Shown here piece by piece: positions 55,383 through 64,000 of a stretch of 64,000 nt of DNA. Source of the DNA: an uncultured bacterium (GTDB lineage: Bacteria > Abyssobacteria > SURF-5); contig CAZSKP010000001.1 of assembly GCA_964607485.1 (NCBI GenBank), positions 153,941-217,940 of the forward strand, in the 5' to 3' direction. The position numbers and the translations under genes were made by a program. Positions within the stretch are counted from its first letter, which is position 1, and the number at the start of each line of letters is the position of its first letter. Under the pieces are notes generated by a model. That model made no database searches. It was not told the DNA's origin and was given only the letters and a program-made list of their open reading frames with translations.

Positions 55383-57110
55383 ATGAAATACCATAACGTC
55401 ATAATAGTCGGCGGAGGTCTGGCCGGGCTGAGGGCGGCGCTTGAGGTCAACATGAACAACCTGCGCGCCGCAGTGCTGTCGAAAGTCTATCCCATCCGCT
55501 CTCATTCAATCGCGGCGCAGGGCGGCATCAACGCTCCGCTGGGCAATCACCCGCGAGGGGGCCACGACACGTGGGAGCGACACGCTTTCGATACCGTCAA
55601 AGGCAGCGACTACCTTGCCGACCAGGACGCCGTCGTGCGGATGGTACAGGACTCCTCGACGCGCATCATCGAGATGGAGCACTGGGGCTGCCCCTTCAGC
55701 CGGACTCCCGACGGAAAGATTGCGCAGCGTCCCTTCGGAGGAGCGGGCTTTCCGCGTACCTGTTTTGCGGCCGACAAGACCGGCCACATGCTGCTGCACA
55801 CGCTCTTCGAGCAGGCGGTCAAGTACGAGCAGGCGGCCGAGCGGGGTGAGTTGAAGATATACAACGAATGGCTCGCGACCGCGCTCGTCGTCGAGGACGG
55901 CGTGTGCCGGGGCGTGATAGCGCTCGAATTGGCGACCGGTCAGCTCGAGGCGTTCAAGGCCGACGCGGTCGTGTTCGCCACGGGCGGGGCGGGCAGGCTT
56001 TACTCCAACTCCACAAACGCGCTCATCAACACCGGCATGGGCATGGCCTTACCGTATTGGGCGGGCATTCCGCTCAAGGATATGGAATTTATCCAGTTCC
56101 ACCCCACGACGCTCTTCGGCTCGAACATTCTCATGACCGAGGGTGCGCGGGGAGAGGGCGGATACCTTACGAACAACAAGGGGGAACGCTTCCTCGCCAA
56201 TTATCCCGACAGTAGCAAGCTGATGGAGGTGGCTCCCCGCGACATCGTGGCGCGAAACATGACGACCGAAATGCTCGAAGGACGCGGGTTCGAGAACGCG
56301 TACCTGCATCTGGACCTCAGGCACCTGGGAGAAGAGAAGATCGCAACCCGCCTCCCCGGCATACGCGACATAGCAAGGAAATTCCTCGGCGTCGATCCCG
56401 TCGACGAACCTGTGCCGGTTCAGCCGGGGCAGCACTACACGATGGGCGGAATCGACTGCAACAAAGATGGGGCCTCGAGGGTGAAGGGCTTCTACGCGGC
56501 CGGCGAGGCATCGTGCGTGAGCGTGCACGGCGCAAACCGGCTGGGCGGCAATTCGCTGCTTGAGACGATCGTGTTCGGAAAGATCGCCGGAGACCACGCC
56601 TCCGAGTACGTGTCGGGAAAATCCGATGCGGGCGCCGGCGACAAAGCGCTCGAAGAAGCCCTTGCGCGGGAAGAAGAGAAACTTAAGAAACTGCTCGGTT
56701 CCGGCGGCTCGGAAGACCCGTCCGTCATCAAGGAAGAAATGCAAGCTACTATGCGTGACAAGGTCGGGATATTCCGCACCAGGGAGAGCTTGGCGCAAGC
56801 GGCGGAAAAGCTTAGGGAACTGCGGGAGCGCTACAACAAGATACGGCTGAAGCACACTGGCCGCACGTACAACTACGATCTCATGTGGAATATCGAGCTA
56901 CAAGGGAGCCTCGACGTCGCGGAGGCGGTTGTCGCCGGAGCGCTCGCGCGCGAGGAGAGCCGGGGCTCCCAATTCCGCCGCGATTTCCCTAAGCGCGACG
57001 ACGACAAGTTCCTCAAACACACGCTCGCGTATTGCACGCCCGACGGACCGAGACTGGAGTACAGCGACGTCACCCTCGGCTACTGGGAACCGCAGGAGAG
57101 GAAATATTAG
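55383..57110 (+). CDS. sdhA: Succinate dehydrogenase/fumarate reductase flavoprotein
   Basis: GGGLAG, RSHSIAAQGG (covalent FAD His), QFHPT, TEGARGEGG, HYTMGG, HGANRLGGNSL, REESRG. Confidence 0.95.
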   Translation: MKYHNVIIVGGGLAGLRAALEVNMNNLRAAVLSKVYPIRSHSIAAQGGINAPLGNHPRGGHDTWERHAFDTVKGSDYLADQDAVVRMVQDSSTRIIEMEHWGCPFSRTPDGKIAQRPFGGAGFPRTCFAADKTGHMLLHTLFEQAVKYEQAAERGELKIYNEWLATALVVEDGVCRGVIALELATGQLEAFKADAVVFATGGAGRLYSNSTNALINTGMGMALPYWAGIPLKDMEFIQFHPTTLFGSNILMTEGARGEGGYLTNNKGERFLANYPDSSKLMEVAPRDIVARNMTTEMLEGRGFENAYLHLDLRHLGEEKIATRLPGIRDIARKFLGVDPVDEPVPVQPGQHYTMGGIDCNKDGASRVKGFYAAGEASCVSVHGANRLGGNSLLETIVFGKIAGDHASEYVSGKSDAGAGDKALEEALAREEEKLKKLLGSGGSEDPSVIKEEMQATMRDKVGIFRTRESLAQAAEKLRELRERYNKIRLKHTGRTYNYDLMWNIELQGSLDVAEAVVAGALAREESRGSQFRRDFPKRDDDKFLKHTLAYCTPDGPRLEYSDVTLGYWEPQERKY

Positions 57111-57387
57111 AGGTTATCCCAATGGGAACAAGAACCCACGACCGACGATCGCTCCGGTTGCGGCATCACGATTATGCTCGTCCCGGCGCCTATCTTGTGA
57201 CGATCTGTGCACGAGATCGGCGCTGCGTGTTTGGGGAAGTAATGGATGGAGCCATACGGTTGAATGTCTCAGGGCGGATTGTTGCGGACAGTTGGGAGTG
57301 GTTGTCGCGACAATACCCTTATGTAATCACGGACATTTCAGTCATCATGCCAAACCATTTGCATGGAATCATCATGATCACCGAAGA

Positions 57388-57419
57388 TTGTAGGGGCGGT
57401 TCGCGAACCGCCCCTACAA
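57388..57419. repeat. Perfect 32-bp REP-like palindrome inside the RAYT coding sequence
   Basis: TTGTAGGGGCGGTTCG|CGAACCGCCCCTACAA is its own reverse complement. Confidence 0.9.
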
Positions 57420-57680
57420 GGAAACAAAAACCGCTGGGACGGCTAATCGGGGCATTTAAGACCATATCAACCAAACACATCAATCAAATCCGCAACACAC
57501 CTGGCACCCGCATTTGGCAACGCAATTATTATGAACATGTGATTCGAAACGAAGAAGAACTTGACAAGATCAGAGAATACATTCTCGGTGATCCAGCCCA
57601 ATGGGCCTTCGACCGGGAAAACCTGCTGGCTGAGAAGAGGCAAAGCGAACAAGAAAATGAAATAGACAATATACTGGGAA

Positions 57681-57705
57681 GGGCGCAGCATGCTCCGCCC
57701 CTACA
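57681..57705 (-). repeat. GTAG-type REP at the RAYT 3' end
   Basis: Minus strand TGTAG-GGGCGGAGCATGCTGCGCCC. Confidence 0.75.
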
Positions 57706-57800
57706 GATGTAAGACCTGGAGCCGTGACGATGCCGTAAATGTCTCTTTTCTTCTTAGCGACGGACAACCAAAAAAACAATTACTCAAGGAAGAGGAAAGC

Positions 57801-58517
57801 GTGGCTGATCTAACGTTCAAGGTGTTCAGATTCGACCCCGCCGCCGACGGCGCGCCCCGGTTCGATACGTGTCGGGTGCCGCGTTTCAAGAAGGGGTTGA
57901 CCGTGCTGGAGGGGCTCTTCTATATCCAGGAAAAACTGGACGGCTCACTTGCGTTCAGGGCGTCATGCCGCGAGGGCGTGTGCGGCTCGTGCGCGATGCA
58001 CATCAACGGTAAATACCGGCTCGCCTGCGAGACGCAGGTGGCCGACCTGGGCTCGGACACGGTCACAGTGCAACCGCTTGGCCATCTCCGGGTGCTGCGC
58101 GACCTCGTCGTCGATATGGAGCCGTTTTTTGCGAAGTACAAGTATATTAAACCGTTCCTCATGCCCGGCAGCCCGCCGCCTGAGCGTGAACGGCCGCAAA
58201 CCGTCGGCGAGCATGCGAAGGTGATGCCGTCGATAGACTGCATCCTGTGCGCGTGCTGTCATGCTTCGTGCACCGTCACGGGCACCGACCCCGAATACCT
58301 CGGCCCGGCCGCGCTCCTGTGGGCCGACCGATTCGCGCGCGACTCACGCGACAACGCCGTGGACGAACGGCTCAGGCTGGTTGACCAACTGCACGGCGTC
58401 TGGCGCTGCCACACCATCTTCTCCTGCCAGGAAGTCTGCCCCAAGGACCTCGACCCCACCGGCGCCATCGCCGACCTCAAGCGCCTGGCGATCAAGCATA
58501 AGCTGTTTGGTGGCTGA
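57801..58517 (+). CDS. sdhB: Succinate dehydrogenase iron-sulfur subunit
   Basis: SCREGVCGSC...LAC, CILCACCHASC, CHTIFSCQEVCPK; GTG 57801 after GAGGA. Confidence 0.95.
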   Translation: MADLTFKVFRFDPAADGAPRFDTCRVPRFKKGLTVLEGLFYIQEKLDGSLAFRASCREGVCGSCAMHINGKYRLACETQVADLGSDTVTVQPLGHLRVLRDLVVDMEPFFAKYKYIKPFLMPGSPPPERERPQTVGEHAKVMPSIDCILCACCHASCTVTGTDPEYLGPAALLWADRFARDSRDNAVDERLRLVDQLHGVWRCHTIFSCQEVCPKDLDPTGAIADLKRLAIKHKLFGG

Positions 58518-58529
58518 AAACAAGAGAAC

Positions 58530-58898
58530 ATGGGTCATCTAATCGTGAGATTGAAACCTTTTATTTTGTCTGCCTATGCGTTGGCTTTAGGGATGTCGGT
58601 CCTGAGTGGCTTTCTTGCTTTGCTTTGGATTGGTGACAAATCGGATCCCGACCTATGGGGAACGGTTCTTTCTGTCGGCATGATTCTATGTGTTGTGGCT
58701 GTGATGACGATACTCATTCCCATGGAGAAAGAAGGATGGCGTGGGCCAGCCATAGTGCTAATGTTGGTTGTCACGCCTTTGTATTTCCTCCTATTTTCTT
58801 CACGTGTCTCAGGTTCCGGTCTTTTGTGGGGTGGCATCTGGATATCAGCGGCATCTGTTGCCGTCATCATAAAATTGCTCATGAAAAGGGATAAATAG
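58530..58898 (+). CDS. Hypothetical 4-TM membrane protein
   Basis: 122 aa with four hydrophobic segments; AT-rich relative to neighbours. Confidence 0.55.
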   Translation: MGHLIVRLKPFILSAYALALGMSVLSGFLALLWIGDKSDPDLWGTVLSVGMILCVVAVMTILIPMEKEGWRGPAIVLMLVVTPLYFLLFSSRVSGSGLLWGGIWISAASVAVIIKLLMKRDK

Positions 58899-58916
58899 AA
58901 TATCTGCCGATTCCGG

Positions 58917-59669
58917 TCAGCCCCGGTATGCCAGATAGACACTGCCCACCAGGAGTATGGCGGTTGCAATGAGGGCCGCCCAGTCGCGAGGACGCATTCG
59001 GAGTTGGATGTAGAAGGTGCGTTTTTTGCCCGAGCCGAAGCCGCGAGCCTCGAGCGCCATGGCCATCAGGTTAGCGTTTCGTATCGACACGAGGAAGATG
59101 GGGGCCATCAGCGGGATGTAGGCCTTCATGCGTTTCCACAATGAGCCCGCGGCGGGGTCGAGCCCACGGCTCTTCTGAGCCTCGACCACCGTCGCGCCCG
59201 TGCCGGCGAACGTCGGCACGAGCCTCAGCGCGGTCGAGAACGCGAAGCACATCACATAGGGCACGCCCAGCTTGACGAGCCCGATCGTGATTTCCTCGTT
59301 CCGCGTCGTCGCAAGGAATGTGATTCCCGCTATCAGGATTGCGTCTATCTTGATCGCCGTCAGCACGCCGAAGACGACCGACTCGCGCCGTATGAACAGC
59401 CACAGGACCTCTTCCCCGCGCGGGATGATTCCCCATATCAATATTGTGAAAACGGTTATTATCAACAGGAACATGCGTATCCGGGCGACGACGGGCCAGC
59501 TCCGGGCGACGGTCACGCATACAGCGACAAGCGCCAGCACGCCGAGCGCATGAGGTACGGTCGAGGGAACGAGCGCGATGACGAATGAGGCCAGCAGTAT
59601 CAGAATCTTCGCGCGCGGGTCGAGTCGGTGGACCGGCGTATCTTTCGGTTCATAGAGGTACGGATTCAT
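58917..59669 (-). CDS. ecfT: ECF transporter T component
   Basis: HRLDPRAK, ALRLVP, AQKSRG, ALEARGF; ATG 59669 overlaps ATPase stop. Confidence 0.92.
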   Translation of the reverse strand: MNPYLYEPKDTPVHRLDPRAKILILLASFVIALVPSTVPHALGVLALVAVCVTVARSWPVVARIRMFLLIITVFTILIWGIIPRGEEVLWLFIRRESVVFGVLTAIKIDAILIAGITFLATTRNEEITIGLVKLGVPYVMCFAFSTALRLVPTFAGTGATVVEAQKSRGLDPAAGSLWKRMKAYIPLMAPIFLVSIRNANLMAMALEARGFGSGKKRTFYIQLRMRPRDWAALIATAILLVGSVYLAYRG

Positions 59670-61432
59670 TCGTCGTCCTTTTCTTCTCGCTTCTTTCTCA
59701 CGAATTTTATCCAGTCCGCATTCTGCGGGTCCTCGTCCAGATTGATGACCGTCTCCGTGCACCGCAGAAATTCCTCGACCGACAGGATTGTTGTCCCCAT
59801 CTCGTTGCTGAAGCGGACGATCTGCGGCGCGATGATGTCGGCCTGCGCGAGCAGGTCCTCGCGCGCGAACACGTCGCGCGTGGGGCCGTCGGCCACGACT
59901 TTGCCCTCGCTCATCAGGATGGTCCTGTGAGCGTACTGCGCGGCTATCCACATGCAGTGCGTGATGATGACGATGGTGTGGCCGCTCTCGTTCAGACGCT
60001 TGACGAGCGACATCATCCCTTTGAGCTCGCCGTAGTCCAGGCCCGTTGTGGGCTCGTCCATCACTATCGCGCCCGGCCTCGTCGCCAGCACGGAGGCGAC
60101 GGCCACCTTCTGCCGCAGCCCCTTGGTGAGCGTGAACGGGTCCTCGGAGCGGCGTTCCCACAGGCCGACCGTCTCCAGCGCGTCACGCGCCTGTTGTTGC
60201 GCCCGTTCGGATTCCATGCCGAGATTTTTCGGGCCGAACAGAACCTCGTCGAGGATGCTTTCCTCGAAAATCTGGTGGTCGGGATTCTGAAACACATAGC
60301 CGACGCGCCTTCCGAGTTCCGCGGCCGACATGCGGTTCGTGCCGGTTCCGCCGACTCTTACCTCGCCCCGCGTGGGCTTCAGGAGGCCGTTCAGATGCTT
60401 CGCGAGCGTCGTCTTTCCGCTTCCGTTCTGGCCCAGGATGGCGACAAATTCGCCCTCGCGAATCTGCAGGCTGACGCCGCGAAGCGCCTCGGTTCCTCCT
60501 TGATATGAGAAGTGGACGTCCTCGACTTCTATCAGCGGGCGTCCGTAGCAGCGCGTCCTCTCGGAGTCGGCCTCTTCAAGCTTTCGGCGGGCGTCGGCGG
60601 CCAGCCTGAAAGAATTCTTCTGCCAAATCTCTCTTGCTTCGTCCATGTCAAGCGGCGGTTCTCGTGCGCCGAGCCTCTCGAACAACTCGGTCAGTTGGAG
60701 CGGCATAATGCGGCATTCCTCGAGCAGCCGGGTATTGCGAAGGATTTCCTTGGGCGGGCCGACGGCGGCTATCCGGCCGTCTTGCATCAGGACGATTCTG
60801 TCCGCCCGTATGACCTCCTCGGTCTCGTGCTCGACGACGATAAGCGTCCGACTGCCGCGTTCGAACAGACGACGCGTGAGGTCGAAGACGCGGCGCTTGT
60901 TCTTCGGGTCGAGGTCGGTCGTTGGCTCGTCGAGACAGAGGATGCGTGGTTCGAGCGATAGGACCGACGCGATGGCGAGCAACTGCTTTTGTCCGCCCGA
61001 AAGCGTTGCCGGCTGTCTTCCGCGGAGAGAGTTTAGTCCCGTGAGGTCCAGCGCGCGGTCTATTCTGCCTTTTATCTCGTCTCTCGCAAGGCCGAGGTTT
61101 TCCGGGGCGAAGGCCACCTCCAGCTCGACCGCGGTCGAGAAAAGTTGCGACTCGAAGTCCTGGAACACGAGGCCGATGTGCGGGAACATATCCCTCACGG
61201 TTTTCTCACGCGTGTCCATTCCGTCGATTCTCACACGACCGCCGAGCGTGCCTTTGACGAGGTGGGGAATGAGGCCGTTCAGGGTGAAGCAGAGGGTGGA
61301 CTTGCCCGCCTCGTTCGGCCCCATGATGACGACCATCTCGCCGTCGTCGATGTTCATGCTTATGTCTTGAAGAGCGTTATCGGAGGCGGAGCGATAAAGG
61401 AAGCTGAGTGATTCTATCTCGATGACTGGCAA
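59666..61432 (-). CDS. ECF transporter fused double ATPase (EcfA-A')
   Basis: Two ABC cassettes: GPNEAGKST/LSGGQKQ/LDEPT and GQNGSGKTT/FQNPDHQ/MDEPTTGLD. Confidence 0.93.
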   Translation of the reverse strand: MPVIEIESLSFLYRSASDNALQDISMNIDDGEMVVIMGPNEAGKSTLCFTLNGLIPHLVKGTLGGRVRIDGMDTREKTVRDMFPHIGLVFQDFESQLFSTAVELEVAFAPENLGLARDEIKGRIDRALDLTGLNSLRGRQPATLSGGQKQLLAIASVLSLEPRILCLDEPTTDLDPKNKRRVFDLTRRLFERGSRTLIVVEHETEEVIRADRIVLMQDGRIAAVGPPKEILRNTRLLEECRIMPLQLTELFERLGAREPPLDMDEAREIWQKNSFRLAADARRKLEEADSERTRCYGRPLIEVEDVHFSYQGGTEALRGVSLQIREGEFVAILGQNGSGKTTLAKHLNGLLKPTRGEVRVGGTGTNRMSAAELGRRVGYVFQNPDHQIFEESILDEVLFGPKNLGMESERAQQQARDALETVGLWERRSEDPFTLTKGLRQKVAVASVLATRPGAIVMDEPTTGLDYGELKGMMSLVKRLNESGHTIVIITHCMWIAAQYAHRTILMSEGKVVADGPTRDVFAREDLLAQADIIAPQIVRFSNEMGTTILSVEEFLRCTETVINLDEDPQNADWIKFVRKKREEKDDE

Positions 61433-61469
61433 TGTCGCTTCCCGAGGGGTTTGCGTTTCAAAAGCGCGC

Positions 61470-62258
61470 CTACACCAGCAAGCATCCGAGCACCAGAATA
61501 ATCATGAACGGCGTCACGCCCAGCGCCACCGAGGGGGTCGTCGCTCCCGTGCCGAAGGTGAACAGCGTAGTGCCGCCGATACCCGCCGATAGCGCCACGC
61601 CCACGACGAACCCGCCGACGACTCCCAGCCAGATGAGCGCGGTGCCCACCTTCGGGCTTCGGCCGCGTGGCCTGTCCCGCTCGTCCATGATGGCGAACCA
61701 GACGAGGTCCCATCGGTTCAGGCGGTTATAGAGCAGGCGCATCAACGGAACCCCGAGAACGAGGCACGCGAGCGTGTTGTTGACGGCGATTATGGGACCG
61801 ATGGCCGCGAACGGCAGCAGCTTGAAAATCTCGAGAGTCCACGCTATCACCACCGCGCATGCAAGGCTGCTGAGCACGCAGACGAGGACAAAGTTCAGCA
61901 CCTTTTTCCACGAATTGATCAGCAACTCCTCCTGCGAAGACGCGAGCCCCATGTGCGCCCACACCTTGTAGCCGAGCAGGCCATAGAAGAAGTTACCGAG
62001 GAAGCCGCACAGGGTCCCCAGGCCGAACGTGCCGAAGAAATCGCCGATGACGTTCCCGAATGCCGCTCCCCATGCGCCCGCAGGGCCGAAGAGGAGTCCG
62101 AACACCACGGGCACGACCGCGCCGGGCCTGAACTCGGTGAATCCCGGTATTATGGGAATGCCTTTCAGGGGGATGACGAGGGCGGCGTAGAAGGCGGCGG
62201 TCACTGCCACGAGGACGACCATCTTGGTGTACTTCCACATTGCGAAGACTTCTCTCAA
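61470..62258 (-). CDS. ECF transporter S component (QueT-like); substrate unknown
   Basis: A..AAFYAAL, RPG..VPVVFGLLFGPAGAWGAAFGNVIGD; highly hydrophobic; first gene of ECF operon. Confidence 0.8.
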   Translation of the reverse strand: MREVFAMWKYTKMVVLVAVTAAFYAALVIPLKGIPIIPGFTEFRPGAVVPVVFGLLFGPAGAWGAAFGNVIGDFFGTFGLGTLCGFLGNFFYGLLGYKVWAHMGLASSQEELLINSWKKVLNFVLVCVLSSLACAVVIAWTLEIFKLLPFAAIGPIIAVNNTLACLVLGVPLMRLLYNRLNRWDLVWFAIMDERDRPRGRSPKVGTALIWLGVVGGFVVGVALSAGIGGTTLFTFGTGATTPSVALGVTPFMIILVLGCLLV

Positions 62259-62350
62259 TGCGACGGCCCGCCTTTCTCTTGCCTGAACGGTTTCGCGAGC
62301 AAATCCGGGTGCGTGCTGAGAAACAAAGCGGAACGGCTGTGCCGGTTATC

Positions 62351-62380
62351 AATATATATGGCGCGGCAAAATTATGTCAA
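62351..62380 (-). promoter_or_regulatory. Sigma70-type promoter of ECF operon
   Basis: Minus strand TTGACA-N18-TATATT. Confidence 0.45.
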
Positions 62381-62387
62381 ATCAAGT

Positions 62388-62571
62388 GGCGTGTTGCCCG
62401 AATGGTTCGGAGTCATTGCGAGGGAGAGCCACAGGCTCGACCGAAGCAATCCCGGGGGTGTCTTCCTCTTGCCATCGGGATTGCTTCGTCGCTCTAGCTC
62501 GCAGCCCTTTGCTCCTCGCAATGACGAGGCAGGAAACTCTATTGGGTGAGGAACCATCTGGGCAACACGCC
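62388..62571. mobile_element. MITE-like palindromic element, copy 2 (184 bp)
   Basis: 21-bp terminal inverted repeats, 19/21 match (GGCGTGTTGCCCGAATGGTTC / GAACCATCTGGGCAACACGCC); inner perfect IRs GTCATTGCGAGG/CCTCGCAATGAC and CGAAGCAATCCCG/CGGGATTGCTTCG. Confidence 0.75.
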
Positions 62572-62606
62572 CACTAGCCCTGAAACCCGAGACCGCCTCT
62601 GCTAGC

Positions 62607-62635
62607 TAGACATTAAAGGGCCGGTAGATTATAAT
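62607..62635 (+). promoter_or_regulatory. Sigma70-type promoter of nfeD
   Basis: TAGACA-N17-TATAAT. Confidence 0.6.
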
Positions 62636-62673
62636 AAGTTGAGATTTGTTAGAGGATTTGGACGACGAATAAT

Positions 62674-64000
62674 ATGCGTAAACTGCTCATCTTCTCAATT
62701 GCGGCGCTCTTTATCCCGCTGCTTATCCTCTCCGTTTCCGCCGAGGCCAGATTCGTTCGCGTCATCACCATAAATGAGGACATCATCAACCCGGTTGTCG
62801 CCGAGTACGTCTCGCAGGCGATAGACGGGGCCGAGAAGGACGGCGCTGAATGCCTCATCATCCAGCTCGACACGCCCGGCGGCCTGCTTGCGTCCACACG
62901 CATAATAGTCAAAGACTTGCTGAACGCAGAAGTTCCGGTCGTCGTGTACGTCGCTCCCAGTGGCGCCAGGGCGGGGTCGGCAGGAGTGTTCATAACGCTC
63001 GCGGCCAACATCGCGGCGATGGCTCCCTCGACCAACATCGGGGCCGCCCATCCGGTGGACCTCGGGGGCGATGGCGAGTCGTGGCGCAAGTCGATAAAAG
63101 ACCTTGAGGACAAGATGAAGGAGATGGAGCGTCGGCAGAAAGAAGGCAAGCCGACGGAGGGCGAGCCCGGGCCTCAGGAGGGAAAGAAGGAGCAGCCGGC
63201 GGAGGAGCAAACGGGAGAAGAGGAGTCCACCGGCTCGACTCTGGGCGATAAGATCATGAAAGACACCATCGCGTGGGTGCGCGGCATCGCGCGCTTACGC
63301 GGCCGCAACGAAGAGTGGGCGGTCGAGGCCGTGACGAAGAGCGTTTCCATCACCGACACCGAGGCGCTCAAGGAGAACGTAATCGACCTCGTGTGTAAAG
63401 ACCTCAACGATCTGCTTGAAAAGATAGACGGCAGAGAAGTCCAGCTTCCGAGCGGGACCGTGGTACTCCATACAAAGGGCGTCCGCATCGAGCGCATCGA
63501 TATGACCACCCGGCAGAAGATACTCAACACCATATCCAACCCGAACATCGCATACATCCTTATGATGTTGGGATTTTTCGGCCTGCTCTTCGAGGTGACC
63601 CATCCGGGAATCGGATTCCCCGGCATAGCGGGCGCAATCTGTCTGATACTCGCGTTTTACTCGTTCCAGACGCTGCCGGTCAATTATGCGGGCGTGCTGC
63701 TCATTATACTCGCGCTCGTGCTCTTCATCGCCGAGGCGAAGGTGGCGAGTTACGGACTGCTGACCATTGGAGGGCTGGTGTGCATGACACTGGGGTCGAT
63801 GATGCTGATTAACACTCCGTACGATTTCCTCAGGGTTTCCTATGGTGTCATTTTTCCGGTGGTATTCGTCACGGCCGCCATCGCCATTTTCCTGGTGACG
63901 CTCGTCGTGCGCGCGCACGCCAGAAGAAGCGTGGCCGGCCAGGAGGGTCTCGTGGGACTCATCGGGACGGCGGAGACCGACATATCGCCCGACGGTAAGG
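62674..64000 (+). CDS. nfeD: NfeD family membrane-bound ClpP-class serine protease (3' end runs off the window)
   Basis: Read manually: MRKLLIFSIAALF... signal, LDTPGGLL, VYVAPSGARAGSAG, AMAPSTNIGAAHPV, RGRN, then TM region; no stop before window end, so absent from the ORF track. Confidence 0.92.
   Translation, partial: MRKLLIFSIAALFIPLLILSVSAEARFVRVITINEDIINPVVAEYVSQAIDGAEKDGAECLIIQLDTPGGLLASTRIIVKDLLNAEVPVVVYVAPSGARAGSAGVFITLAANIAAMAPSTNIGAAHPVDLGGDGESWRKSIKDLEDKMKEMERRQKEGKPTEGEPGPQEGKKEQPAEEQTGEEESTGSTLGDKIMKDTIAWVRGIARLRGRNEEWAVEAVTKSVSITDTEALKENVIDLVCKDLNDLLEKIDGREVQLPSGTVVLHTKGVRIERIDMTTRQKILNTISNPNIAYILMMLGFFGLLFEVTHPGIGFPGIAGAICLILAFYSFQTLPVNYAGVLLIILALVLFIAEAKVASYGLLTIGGLVCMTLGSMMLINTPYDFLRVSYGVIFPVVFVTAAIAIFLVTLVVRAHARRSVAGQEGLVGLIGTAETDISPDGK

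Larger units (their letters stand above)
57122..57712 (+). mobile_element. REP-associated tyrosine transposase (RAYT/TnpA-REP, IS200-like Y1 HUH)
   Basis: RRSLRL..HDY...GAYLVTIC, VIMPNHLHGI (HUH), IGAFK, WQRNYYEHVIR, EYI..DP..W; visibly more AT-rich than sdhA/sdhB. Confidence 0.9.

Noticed and set aside
59670-60161. N-terminal extension of the 414-aa ORF containing ecfT
   Set aside because: Overlaps the ATPase gene in another frame; EcfT starts at ATG 59669
62259-62350. preQ1 or other riboswitch ahead of the QueT-like S component
   Set aside because: No recognisable aptamer consensus or A-rich tail, so the substrate is left unassigned

Overview
GC-rich chromosomal window from a diderm bacterium (lpxK present). 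The lineage cannot be assigned from the sequence alone. 1-20.5 kb: dcw cell-division/peptidoglycan cluster (mraZ-[STAS]-rsmH-ftsL-ftsI-murE-murF-mraY-murD-ftsW-murG-murC-murB-ftsQ-ftsA-ftsZ, no ddl), then a radical SAM gene and a secreted protein. 20.5-30.3 kb: smpB, tmRNA, amidase, GerMN, divergent polysaccharide deacetylase, tsaD, dusB, pilT, dprA, lpxK. 30.5-48.2 kb (minus strand): an uncharacterised envelope operon (FlgT-like, CsgG-like, two LPP20/FlgP-like proteins and a 44-aa lipoprotein missed by the ORF track), a secretin-N/BON protein, D-cysteine desulfhydrase family, ferritin-like protein, an acyltransferase-GpsA fusion, a GT-C membrane protein, and a lipA-lipoyl domain-alaC-aspC-hom-yhaM run. 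50-54.4 kb: a complete archaeal-type cyclic 2,3-diphosphoglycerate (cDPG) operon (2-phosphoglycerate kinase, cDPG synthetase, ApgM mutase, CBS protein), the strongest finding. 54.6-64 kb: succinate dehydrogenase operon interrupted by a REP-associated tyrosine transposase, an ECF transporter and a partial nfeD. Non-coding elements: two copies of a 184-bp MITE-like palindromic element, GTAG-type REPs and periodic 8/9-mer repeats. No CRISPR, rRNA or tRNA seen. All family calls come from motif recognition, not database searches.
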